Source: Bugula neritina (Eukaryota > Animalia > Bryozoa). Taken from it: a DNA stretch of 64,000 nucleotides. Shown piece after piece: positions 52,201-64,000 of the stretch; the stretch's first letter is position 1; every line of letters begins with the position of its first letter. The notes below the pieces were generated by a model, which was not told the origin of the DNA, made no database searches, and worked only from the letters and a program-made list of their open reading frames with translations. The stretch lies in NCBI GenBank assembly GCA_964035545.1, contig OZ037766.1, positions 5,880,722 through 5,944,721 on the forward strand, written 5' to 3'. The translations under genes and the position numbers were made by a program.

Positions 52201-55200
52201 ACAACAAATATATGGAAACTTTGCTGATTTGGTTGCCTCTAATCTTTATTTATTTATTATACACAAGGATATAAAAATACTCTTTTAGATCTACAGCAAA
52301 TATCATGCTTTAGCTGTAGCCTACAGTTTGTGCCACTACAGATAACAGGAGGAAACAAAATCAAAGGCACATCACTCATTTCTACGGTGCCATTATCATT
52401 ACCAGTTAGAACTAAAATTGTTTTTTCTATTTTTACTTCACAAGAACTTTCACTAGAAACAACTTTAGTAACATGTGCTACAAAATTTTGAGTGGAATTT
52501 TCTCTATGAACTGTAGCTAAAGTGCATGGCTGAGGTTTGTGACTGGAATGCGGAAGGGGAGAGGGGTGGACATCAGAATTTATTTGACCGGCTTTTTGTA
52601 CCCTATGACCATTGTGCCCCCTCCTTACTCCTAATGTTTTGTAAATCTTGACCTCATAAATTAACATGTTTAGAGAGACTGTAGATAATTATCTTAACCC
52701 AGCGTTGCAAAAATACTTCAATTGTTTACGTATTTGGAAGAATCTTAAGCTGCTAAACTGCTTAAAAACCGTATACAGCATATAAAAGTTACTTTTTAGA
52801 CAATTGTACGTTCCAAAAAAATTACAAGGCTTTTAACATCGCTGTAAAGGTATAATAGTCATCTCTTAGTTGACTCGGGCTACCCCAAGCTTTGTGTTTG
52901 GGAAAGCTTATGGATTGCCTGCTGCTCGACTTGACTTCTGTTGTATCTCATCCATGCTTGCTTGTGTAGCTTTTAAATGGCTTGTAATTCAATGGGCAAT
53001 CAAAGTTTCATTATGTAGGCCTATGGCCAACTGACAGATGTGAACAGCATAGATTTGGTTGTAGCTTTTGCGAACAGTCACTCTCAGCTCTTTGTTGTAA
53101 ATAGTCGTGAATTTTGCATAACGTGTAGTGTGTCAGCAGGAGACTAAAGGTTTTATGGTATATAATATTATTAATAAAGAACCAGTGAGACATTCCATGC
53201 AACACAGTGACGTACTTCCTCAATAGTAAAACCTCTACAGTAGAGTGAAACTCTGCAGTGAAACCTAACAATCATAATAAGATACTTATTCTATTTCGTG
53301 CTTTACATTGACATTTTTTGAAAACATGAGTTTAGTTGAAGTATTGCAGTACTTTTACTAGTCTTGTCTGACTATATGCAAATAATGATTACCAAAACTT
53401 TTTTTTCAAAGGATAAAAAAAGTTCTGCTGGTGTCAACTCAACAATTGCCAATGATGAAAGTCATGAAATAGCTGACAAGCAATCTATTTTGAGAGAAGC
53501 ATTTAATGTTCTTTCAAAGGCCCCCAAGAACTGTGAGTATTACCTGTGGGTTGAGAACTGGCTATTGAGTGTTACATGTATCCAAACATGAGTGAATGTT
53601 TAGATGTTACCAGCAAATGTATTATGTGTATATAAGATCAGCAGGGTATATACAAAAAACCATGTAAATATTTATATTATATTACCAACAACTGTTCATC
53701 TGTGAGATCACCTAAAATAACAATAGGTTGAAGTGCTGGAGAATAGATATATGATAGATACACTATATATAATAGTTTGTTTTAAGGCTTTGACAGTTTT
53801 CATTTTATGATTATGAAATTTCTAGTTTGAAATAACAATAATGTTTATTGTAGTGGTTGAAGAATGTATTCTTTAAATGTTGTTTCAGTGTTGTTGGAAA
53901 GAATTTTCATAGGAGATTTTGTTGAAATTAAAGACAAAGAGGTTAACGTAGGTGACAGGAGAGAGGTTGGAATTCTAATTCAAGTAAATGACCACGACGA
54001 CGTAAGAATTTAATAGTTATATTAAAATTATATAGTCATTCAAAAATATTGTAACTAAACACTCCTCAGTTCAAACTAAGAAAAAGTTATATTTTATAGC
54101 CAGCACAATACTTTGACTGATACACACACACACCACACACACACTACACACGCCACACACACCACACACCACACACACCACACACACCATCTTTATCAGG
54201 TTTTCTAGTTTCTAATTTATTTTATTTTCCCTAATTGTTACGGGAGTAAATACTTAGCTAAATATCAATTTTGACACCAGTAAACTGCAAATCCTATAAA
54301 TGGTGATAGAGCTACAAATAATCTAAGATATTTTTATTGCATTTATGAGTTTTTATCATTATTGGCTCTCATTGATGCTTTTCAATAAAGTATAATTATC
54401 ATCATGTTTGTTGATGTGAATGGGCTAATTTACATCATAATGACATATCTAAGTTATGATGCCTTTTTTAATTAATAAAATTATTTTAGACAAGATGGGT
54501 ATGTTTAAAACTTTCTAGCCCATAAGGTCAAAAAGTTCCTTTAAGGGTTTCCTTGTTTTGCAGACTGTGGAGGTAGTTTTCCCTTCAGTTTCTGGCTGGC
54601 ATGGAAACATTAGTGACTTGACACTCAGCTCTGATAGTTCAGATCTACCTGTGAAAGGAGATGTTGTGAGGTTTATAGATGACACTAACCCAGAGAAACC
54701 AGTGCATGGGTAAAACAAAATATTCCAAAAACTGTTAAATATAAAAAAAACATAGACAGTTATACAGCAGCATTAATATTTAAGCTGTGATGTAATCTTG
54801 AAGTGCAAAACTTTATTGTTTTTTATTGGTAGAAAGCATATTTTGCTTGAATATCAAAATTAATATTGGGCAGCTATTCCAATTTATCAATACTATAATC
54901 AGTTTAATAACAATATAAAACTGCTGGTATAATACCTGCGATGCACGTTGAAATTAGGGTAAGCAAATCTATGCAAATTTTTAATAGTAACAGTAATACA
55001 CTGCAGAAGAGAGCAGCCATGGTCTATAGGGGTTAGAGTGTTTGCTTGGTAAACATTGAGTAATATGTTCAAAACCCTTGAAAGGCCGTTGGTGAGGCTA
55101 GGAAGAGCATCTAGTCATAATTAGTTCTGTGCCCCATCTGAGTAAGTCCTTAGCTTGCTTTAAAAAAAATTGTCAGGGGGTTTTTGCAGGGATTGTGACT

Positions 55201-57576
55201 ATAAACTTGCGTGAGTAATACATGTACTTTTACAAGATAATGGGTATATTTTAGCACCGGAATCCTTAACCAATGGGGAAAACCTGCTGATAAAACCACT
55301 GTAGAAAGAACTTGTGAAGTGAAGGTCATAGTGGAAAATGGAGCACCAATTAACGGAAAGAGGGACATAATTAGGATCCCATATAAAAATGTTCATCCAG
55401 AACCATATCTGCAGGTAAAAAAAATGTGTAGCTGCAATCAAGTATAATAATATTTGCATGCAAACATTTTAAAAAAGACATTCCTGCAATTGTCCTAACA
55501 AAAATCTTGCATATCTTGCATACTTATAGTTTTAAACTGTGCTATGAGGTAGGTGCAGCAATCGAGAAATTGAGAAAAGCCTGTGTTCTAGATTAGAATT
55601 GTAGCAAGAAAGTTATGTTTTTAACCCAACTCAAAACCTAATAATAAAGTTGAAAAGCTTAGGCTATCTCAATTTCTCCGCTGCTGCTCCTAAGTGCTGG
55701 CTATGATATAGGCTAAAGTTTTCGTTCTTTTTACCAACTTGATTAGGTTGGTGAAGAAGTACTGGTGAGAAGTGAGAAAAACAACAAACACGAGAAGGGA
55801 ACAATTATTGACTTGGAAACAAAAAAAAACTCAGTCATAGTTCAATTATCGGAAAGTGGTAAACAAATATCAGTCAAGTATAATGATGTTGAAAGAGATC
55901 GACTTTTGCAAGATGGTGACTTTGTCATGGTATGCTGCTTTTAATTGATTTTTCTTTTTATTATGAAGTCCTAAATAAATACAATGCTTTTACGTTTGCG
56001 GTTTTATTACTTTGCTAGAACCAACTACTCATGAGTATTCAGATTAACAAAGTTGCTCTGTTCTGTTTTTATTTAGATAAACACAAACTCAATTAATACA
56101 ATGATGTAGCTCAAAAATACTTACGCGCTTAAGCTGAATATAGTCAGTGTATATAAAATAAAATATGTTTATATCACTTATTGTTTACTTGCTTTTTACC
56201 ATAAATAGAAGTCAACATTATACATGAAATATTTTTCAAAAAGTTTATAAATCTAGTTCGTTAATTGAAACAGCCAAAGCATACAATGAAAAAAAAATTT
56301 TCGAACTGACATTGGCAGTTATCATCCCAGCTATTCATATAGCCGGAACAAAACTTAATTACTATAAATAAAGGATCTTTTATTGTAGTTGTTATAGTTA
56401 TAGTTATAGATCAATGCAAATGGTGAACAGGCTATTCAATGTTCTAATGATGCTGGTGTTGAAGTGTGGGCAAGAGACGGAGAATGTGGCAGAATTTTGC
56501 GAATATTTTCTACACGCCCAGGTGCAATATTATTCTATTCAGTGGTAGTTCTCCAATGTCTGTCTAATGTATATGTGTCTATAGGTATATGATGGCAATA
56601 AACATAACTACAGTATTTAATATAGTACATGATAATTCTGAGCTTGAGCCACTTATATGTCTCTTACTTGTCTAACAAGGCCTGTTGTGTGAAACCTCAC
56701 ACAATGACACATGACTTCTTTCTAAGCTCATACTACAATTTCCTCCCACTTATAAATAAATAATTTAAATACAAGCTAAGCAAAGCTAAATGTAGGAGGC
56801 ACATCATCAAAATCATTTGCTAATGACTGTTCATCATGTGGTTTCAATGCATATTTAATGACACATTCTACGTTTCAGATTACTATGATGATGTACAAGT
56901 TGAGCTATTTCGATTCCCATACCTTTCACTGACTTTCAATTACGAGAATATAGTTCGAATCGATCGTAGCAAAGCTTACCCTGAGAAATTGAAATATGAC
57001 CGGATTTTCAATGAATTGTAGGTATAGATAAAATCACACAAAATGTTTATAAGAAAAAGTCATGATGTTAAGCAGTAACTGCCAAACTGGTTATTTCTAA
57101 CTCATTGTAGATAATTAAAAAGTTTTTTGATATATTTTTGTTGTTTGGATGTAAATAATTACTGTAGTAGTACTAAAAAGTTTCAGCTAAAGAGTTATGT
57201 GTTCATTCTGTAATTTGCTTCAATTTTATTCCTCTTAAATTTAGCATTGGCGCCAAATTGAAACAAATAAATATTTAAGAATGACAGTTTATCAAAAAAT
57301 GAATTCGATGGCCTATCAACAATTAAATTAAATACAAAAAATTAAAATAAATATGACAGATGATGAAAAATTTCTTTATGCAATCTCCATTTTTATTGTT
57401 TCAATATTGTTTTAATATTATACGCAGAACAATATAGTGATTATTTATATATATATAGTGGCCATTTTAATTTGCTTGGTAGATGCTTTTTGGACCGAGC
57501 AAATTCGCCAGAGATAACCAGTGATGCACATCCACATTTGGCAAGCACGTCTCAGAAGAGGACTAAAGCAGAGTAG
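46273..57576 (+). CDS. Paralogue B: RING plus SH3-like-repeat protein (983 aa)
   Basis: 16 phase-compatible exons: 46273-46980, 47273-47326, 47556-47690, 48218-48818, 49420-49460, 49815-49985, 50738-50791, 50975-51094, 53412-53532, 53889-54001, 54564-54709, 55255-55414, 55747-55929, 56410-56521, 56879-57017, 57483-57576 (TAG). RING CNAVC...PCQHKLCGSC...CSQC...CPVC. All indels relative to A are multiples of 3. Confidence 0.88.
51170..52633 (-). mobile_element. pogo-like non-autonomous element (inverted homologue of 35217-36440), interrupted by a LINE
   Basis: 51250-51330 and 52145-52500 are reverse-complement matches to 36430-36345 and 36345-35990. Terminus ...GTGCCCCTCCTTACTCC|TA. The left boundary is approximate. 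Confidence 0.6.
51332..52145 (+). mobile_element. 5'-truncated CR1/L2-group LINE (ORF2 C-terminus, 3' UTR, (GATGA)n tail)
   Basis: GVTIDNKLSFDQHIINICSNANKLLHML...YKTVCRPILEFATHTWSP, stop at 51829. Microsatellite tail at 52121-52145. GATGG at both junctions. Confidence 0.85.
54120..54189. repeat. CA / CACACAC short tandem repeat
   Basis: Imperfect (CACCACA)n run. Confidence 0.85.
55010..55215 (+). mobile_element. tRNA-derived SINE, same family as 1100-1315
   Basis: GAGCAGCCATGGTCTATAGGGGTT...GGCCGTTGGTGAGGCTAGGAAGAGCATCTAGTCATAATT aligns to the reverse complement of 1100-1310. Confidence 0.7.
55552..55690. mobile_element. Short MITE, copy 2
   Basis: Homologous to 15984-16120, with the same TIRs and TA flanks. 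Confidence 0.65.
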
Positions 57577-59569
57577 AATATGGCTCATGTACATCTGGAG
57601 AGTTACAGATTGCTTATACAGCGCTGCCATGCATGCATATAGTCATTTTGATGACAGAGTGTTTGAAACAGAAAGTAGTTTATACCTCTATACAAACACC
57701 TCTACTAACAGATTATTGCATTAAAATGCAAATATTTGGACCAAGTGATATCAGCCAACTTTATCATTATTATTATTATTATTGTAGTTTACTCTTTTTT
57801 TCATGACAAGCTAAAATATTGCATGTATACACAGCTGTAGAGTGAGATAATTTCTATTCTGTACACTTTATCTTTTCATTGCTTTTTTATTCAAAGCTTG
57901 TTCACATTACAAAACTTTTGCAATACTTCTAAAAAGTTTACTTTTTAGCAAAAATTTTATTAGAATAGAAATATATTTTAGCGCAATTTTTAAATTATAT
58001 TTACGAAAAGTATGAAATATGTTTTTGTGTGAGTAATTCTTTAATTTACAAGTTTCTCAGCCAATCAAAGTGCATCAGTTCTGAAAAATATGTTTAGCCA
58101 GCTTTGAACATGCAAAACATACCATATTATCATATTTTAAGTGTCACCAGTTTTTAAAAGCAGTGGTAGCCAAAAATGGTCATAATTTTGCAAAAACATT
58201 TCAATGTAGGTAGACTACTTTTTGAAGTTATGCCTAAATCGAAAAATTTTGGCTATTATAATAACTTCATTAAACTTAAGTTGTGCTTTAGCTAGATTGT
58301 AATATTATTTTTTATTAGAAAGCAGTAGATAAATATTATATCACATAAAAATATTTTATGTTGCAGTTGTAATAGGTTTTAGAAAAAAAATCATTGTTTT
58401 TTAAATCCAAGTATAGTTCATCTTTTTTAGACTTTCATCACTGAAGAAATATATATTATGAAAAATATTGATCATGTGTAGAGTGTAGACTATATAATAT
58501 CATATGTAGAAATGTATCATGTTTAAACTTATATATATATAATTATATGTATATGCACGTCCTGGACTGTGTTCAAAATTAAAAGTTATGGCTGCCATTT
58601 CTAAATATAGCATTACAACTCACAAGTTTATTTGACATCTGCTCTAAAATTATTTGTTAGCTATAGTAGATAATTAGAAATAAATACTTGGATTTTCTCT
58701 AAAATTGCATATAATGTTATTTATAGTACATGAGGCAAATTAAGATTCATGCCATTACTGTTGCAAGGCCACACATTTTTCTGAAGATATACTTGTGTAT
58801 ACAGCTCATAGACAATGTTGCCGTAACTGTATATTTAAATACAGCTAAATAAGATAACTCTATATGTTGTGCTTATAATGATGTGAAATCAAAATGAAAC
58901 CAATATACATATTATTATATTATACGAAAACAGATTTTGTACATGTTGCTAAAGTTGTATATATTTAGAGATAACTAAATAAGTTACATATGATATAGCA
59001 TATTATATTGTGTTTATAATAGAAATATATTAAAACTTATTTTATGATCAATATGTACACATATTATCTAATCTACATGTATAATAATATATAAAATAGG
59101 CCCTATTATTTCTTTATTTCAAATATAAATTAATGCAGTTTTAAAAAGGACTATAGTAGACATATATATCACCACCAGGCGTATAGATGTATTAAATAAC
59201 TAACCGGAATGAGTTTCAAGTCTGAAACCAATACTTTAAACTTACCTATGCAAATGTGTTTCATAAACAAAAGATATTTTCCATATGCTGCTAAAAGGTT
59301 GCAAATGAATTTTGTATTTTTAAAATCTGCTATGTTTAGTTCCATGGCATTCTTTGTTTTGTAATCAGCAGACTTGCCCTTTACTAAGCCTAGTTATTTA
59401 TTAATTACCAAGTTATTCATAGCAACAGAGCTTGTGCCTGAGAAATTAAAGTGGAATAAATATATTTAGATAATGGATTCCATAACAAAGGAGATCAACA
59501 GTGTGTAAACGATCTATGCATTGTGTAAGGTTATATGGTACTTATTTCAATGATTTCATTGAATTTGGG

Positions 59570-60042
59570 GGAAGACACCATATTTTGGATATGTATTCAC
59601 GTCTGCCACAACTTTATTTTGGCCTTAAAAGCATTAATGGTGCTATAAAAGGCAATGATGTGCTGATGGAATTCATACATCTATAGGTTTAAAATATTTA
59701 GTGCAACAAATATATCTAGTAGGTATGCAGCATAAAACTGTTCATGGAGATCAGGCTGCATTGCCTTGAAAAGCTCCTGTTGGTTTTTACTTTCAATTGA
59801 AACTTCTTAACCTTCATTCAAAATAACACAGGTAGTAGTTAAAGTATAGCAATTAATATAGACACATGCACGTGGAGTATAGCGTGAGTAAATAAATTCA
59901 CTAAGATAAATTTTTTATGCTTGAAAAACAAAGCAAGAGCTCAAAAGGCGTTAAGGAACTGTGAGAAATCTTTAGAAATAACACCCCTTTCCCCAAAGCC
60001 ATAATGCGCCAAGGGGAAATTCCCTCAGGTTCAGAGCCACTG
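59570..60042 (-). mobile_element. hAT-Buster remnant, opposite terminus of the element at 34027
   Basis: Ends ...AGGTTCAGAGCCACTG followed by TTATAAAT. Internal part homologous to 34670-35045. Confidence 0.7.
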
Positions 60043-61159
60043 TTATAAATGATATTGCATACAAATTTTACCTCAACTCAAAGCTTCAGTAAATTAGTGT
60101 ATATCAATACAGCTTATGCAGAACAAATATTTGGGTCATTAAACTAAACTAAAATACATACAAAATACTGAAGAGTGCAGCACAAGTTTTTATTTACCAA
60201 ATTATGACAACTTGTTGCAGTATACACAACATTTTCCTTTCTCATCTGTTGCATGTATGTCTATGAGTGAATGACGAAATTTAATCTTATTTTCTAAATT
60301 GCCTTTTATGTAAAACTGGACTTTTATCACAAACAATTTCTAGTGAGGCAAATTATTATTTTTTGTTTGCATGTAGTATATGTTAATATATTATATGTAA
60401 TATGGATAAATATTGATAAATATGAGTAAATATGAATAATTATTGGTAAATATGGGCAAATACACATATAATGCCTATAATGTTGGTCACGTTTTATAAC
60501 AATTAAGTGTGGTTTACCTCATTCAGAGCCTTTCCATTAATTGATGATTGAGCCTTTTTTATTGCAAAAATAAATTTTGCTGGCAGCTTGTTTTATTGGT
60601 AAACATTTTACACATGCACATTCATGATGTTTAGTCTGAATGTAAGAAATATTGAGAACAAATATTATGATAATTTAGGCTATTAGTAGTTTATCAAATA
60701 TGTAAAGTATTATTGTAGTAGTCTGTAGCCGGTCCTGCAGTGTTAATATAATATAATTATATATAAGGGGACTATACATTTTAGAGGCAAGAAATATTTA
60801 ACATTCTCAGTACTGAGGGAAAAACCTGCATGCTATAACTTGTGTAATATATGAATAGGGTGGCCATTATCGGTGCATGCAATCTTTTGCAGTCTCTTGT
60901 TCTGTTAGAAACTGCAGCACAATAGCTATAGCAGATGAACATTAGACTAGTGTCATTGTTGCTATCACAGCTATTGACAGTTTATTACTCACGCAAAAAT
61001 AGGTCCGTTGTTTTAGATAAGAAAATTTTCTAATAAATCATCAAAATGCAATTTCACAATGACATCTGAATTAATTTGCCAACCACCAGTATAATTAGGT
61101 TATCATAAGACTAATATTTGATTATATATGTTAACTTGGACATGTGCCAATTAAAGTAT

Positions 61160-61312
61160 TAATACGCCCCCAAAAGTTTGTGTTAACTTCTACAAAGTCT
61201 TGTGATTGGTCAATTATGCAGTCACTAGGAAGTAGCTACCTGGTGTTGAGGGGTTGCAGCTGCTCTGATACTAGTTAAGATAACTAACTGACTAACTCCA
61301 ACAAATTTCAGT
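61160..61312 (+). promoter_or_regulatory. Putative promoter and non-coding first exon of paralogue C
   Basis: TTGTGATTGG at about 61200, AGGAAGTAGCT at about 61227, donor GTAAGTTTTTA at 61311. Confidence 0.55.
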
Positions 61313-62588
61313 AAGTTTTTATAATGTACAGAATGTATTGGGTATAAATGAATGTAGTTTGTAAGCAGTAGGTACACATGTCACTAGGAGTGAGAGATAT
61401 TGCAGATATTGTTAGCATCCAGGTTGGAACCTACACTTTAAGCAAAGCCTATATAGCTAATGCATGTATTACACTATATACAGCTTGGCTAGGCTAAGCT
61501 AGGTTAGGTTGTGAAAGATAGGAACAAGGGGTAGAACAACTATAAGAATATAAATTAAAAAAATATTTGTTCTATGCATTTGCTAATCAACTCAGCTTTT
61601 GAAAAGAAAATATACTTTTATTAAAAGACTTAGGAGCTCTCTGGTCTTTGGTTCATAATCAGCTGGTAGGATACTTACACTTTGTTATGCTTAGTGTTTC
61701 GAAAAGTTAATCATATCAATAGTCTGTGCCCTAGTCTACATACTAAATCTACTAAATCCATGATATTTGCTCCAGAAAAGTGTTTTATGATTTAAAAGAT
61801 CAAAAGTTTGCAATTGCTGTGTTGTGTAAGAATAATTAATAAAAATATTTCCGGAAAAACTCTGAATTTTTATTGTAGAATTTATTTCTGTAATGTGCAA
61901 GCCTTGTGAGTCTCAAACCTTCAAATAGCAATACAAATAATGTTAAGAGACAGTAAAGACATGTAAATAGAATACATGATAGAGCTTAGTCAAGGCCAGA
62001 ATTTTCAGGTTAATGTAATTCTTCAATAATTCAATATACTGTGAGATAGCTCCTGCTTTGCAAATTGCAATATTTGTGTAGAATTTATTGGTTGAATGAT
62101 CACCTTGCCATTCAGTCCATTGTATCTTAGATATTTTTATCATATTATGTCTGTGAGTTGAAACAATATTTTCATGGCTTATCATTTAATCATTGACCTG
62201 TCTAGCCTAAAATCAAATTAGGATCATCCAACTAAAAGGTAATCAGCACAAGATATAATTTTTAATTTATTATACAAAGCAGTCAACTTGTATTGGTATA
62301 GTGTAACTGAAGCTCAACTGCAAATCGAAGTAATGGCTGTTTTTTGTTTATCCTTTTACAATATTATTCCTTTTTACAATGAAAGAAAAGAGATTTCAAA
62401 GCTAAAAAGTTATTAATAAATATAAATTTCAGAAGAAATTTTAATTAAGGCTCCAATTTTAAAAGATAGCAATTGCCAATTTACCAATTTTATGTTATTC
62501 AGAATGTTTATCTATATAGCTGTTTAATATTATTTCTGCAAAATATAACTCCTGTTTCAGATTCCAAAGATTTATCCCATACTTTAAC

Positions 62589-63699
62589 ATGGCTGAAGGG
62601 GGTAAGGAACATATTTACACAGACAACAATGCTGTTGAACCTGGAGAGACCAATAAAGACAAAAAAGCCAAATCTTCACCGGGATTTCAACAGACACCCC
62701 CCACCTCTCAATCTGTTGATACTTCAAGTGAAATTATTGATCATGTAGAAGATTTTGATAACAGACCAGAAATGACAACCAATATCAATCCAGTGAGTAT
62801 AGCACTTTTATTGAGGCACCAAAAGCAAACTGGGGAAAGAAGAAGGTTTGAACCTGAAGATTTGCGGGTTGGGCCTTCAGCAAGTACTAGTAGATCCTCT
62901 GAAATTCAAAGCTCTAATCTGTTCGAGCAGCAAATAGATTCTCCTTCACAAGGCAATAATAGTGCTGAAGCTGCAGAACAATCCACACAGTCTACACACT
63001 ATGACTCAAATCGTGTGAATCCAGCTGACGTTGTGCTTTCCATGACAGAACTGTCAATCTCAGAAACACCATCAGAACCAGGTACAGGTCAGTCAGAGGA
63101 TTACACTCCAGCTGATGTGCAAACTCCGCCTACACCACCACAACCGGCTGATGAGCACACAGCACCAACAACTCTATCAGAAGAGGTTCTGCATGCACCA
63201 TCCCACTTTGATATATTGCGGGCAAATGAAGATTCCTTACCAGTGACAACAGAAGAATCTGATAGAGGCAGCAGGGTGACTCACCCAGAAGATAAAGGTG
63301 ATTGGGGTCTCCCAACAGAACCTATCCAACCTGAATCAGTGAGTTTTAAAATTTTATTTTTTAGGCACTGCTCGTCTTTGTACAAATATGACATTGACAA
63401 AGTCGTAAACTGTAAAGCTTTGTTAAATGAGAGCTGTTCCTAATAACTGTAGTGTGGAGTTTACCCAGTGGCGCGTGTCCCTGCTCAAATCTCAATTGGA
63501 GCAAGAGTTTTATATCGACATACTGTAACAAACAAGTTGTAAATGTTTTCAAAACTTAGCACATCTAAGAATTATTAGAACTCTGTACTAATTATAATTA
63601 TGATTTAAAATTTAGAATAAGACATTCCTTATTCTACCATTCTAGCTTCTCTTCATTGATGACAGAGGCATACTAAGGATATATGAGCACAAAATTGAG
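62589..63699 (+). CDS. Paralogue C, first two coding exons (gene continues beyond the window)
   Basis: Exons 62589-63338 (MAEGGKEH...EPIQPES) and 63646-63699 ([18 protein letters not shown]), with the same splice sites as A and B. Confidence 0.85.
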
Positions 63700-64000
63700 G
63701 TAAGAGCATGAAATAAATTTTGAACAGCTTTTTTTGTAGTCAAATCTATATCTCTAGAGGCTTGTGTACATGGCGTTAGAAATTACTTGCTTAGTAGCCC
63801 TTGAGGAGGGGGAGTCAGACCCTAACTTGATAAAAAAAACTTCAATTGTTTACTCACAGCTTATTTTATAGCAATAATCTAATCGGGTAGAGTAGAGTAG
63901 ATTTCAGTACTTGCGGGCTACTAACCATTGTAGTTGAATGGTTATGGCAAGATTGCAGTTGTAATCCGACAAGTCGGTTAATAGTTTTTGCTAGGGGAGA

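Noticed and set aside
63467-63482. 14-bp insertion in C relative to B, starting near CAGTGGCG
   Set aside because: Too short to call a transposon footprint.

Overview
AT-rich, intron-rich animal (invertebrate-type) genomic DNA. All genes were assembled by hand from GT-AG splice sites with phase checking. (1) 1-9203, + strand: the last 17 exons (712 aa visible) of a single-pass membrane protein, with a PAN/Apple module, then a long TPR-like helical region, a TM helix and a short tail. (2) About 12.7 kb to the end of the window, + strand: a tandem array of three paralogues of an uncharacterised ~1000-aa RING-type E3-ligase-like gene. A (14309-26377) and B (46273-57576) are complete; C starts at 62589 and runs off the window. 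Architecture: acidic disordered N-terminus, unknown conserved domain, atypical RING with an extra CxxC on a symmetric 54-nt exon, and four Mind-bomb/KEG-type SH3-like repeats. An orphan exon copy lies at 33.4 kb. (3) Many TEs: an intron-containing THAP/P element nested in a TTAA-type MITE; an RT-less Ty3/Gypsy element with a clear -1 frameshift signal plus a solo LTR, both in intron 1 of paralogue B; a CR1/L2-type LINE 3' end nested in a pogo-like element; a Buster-type hAT whose two ends survive in different duplicated spacers; tRNA-derived SINEs; several MITEs; and very long CA microsatellites. Domain names come from motif recognition by eye, not from database searches.
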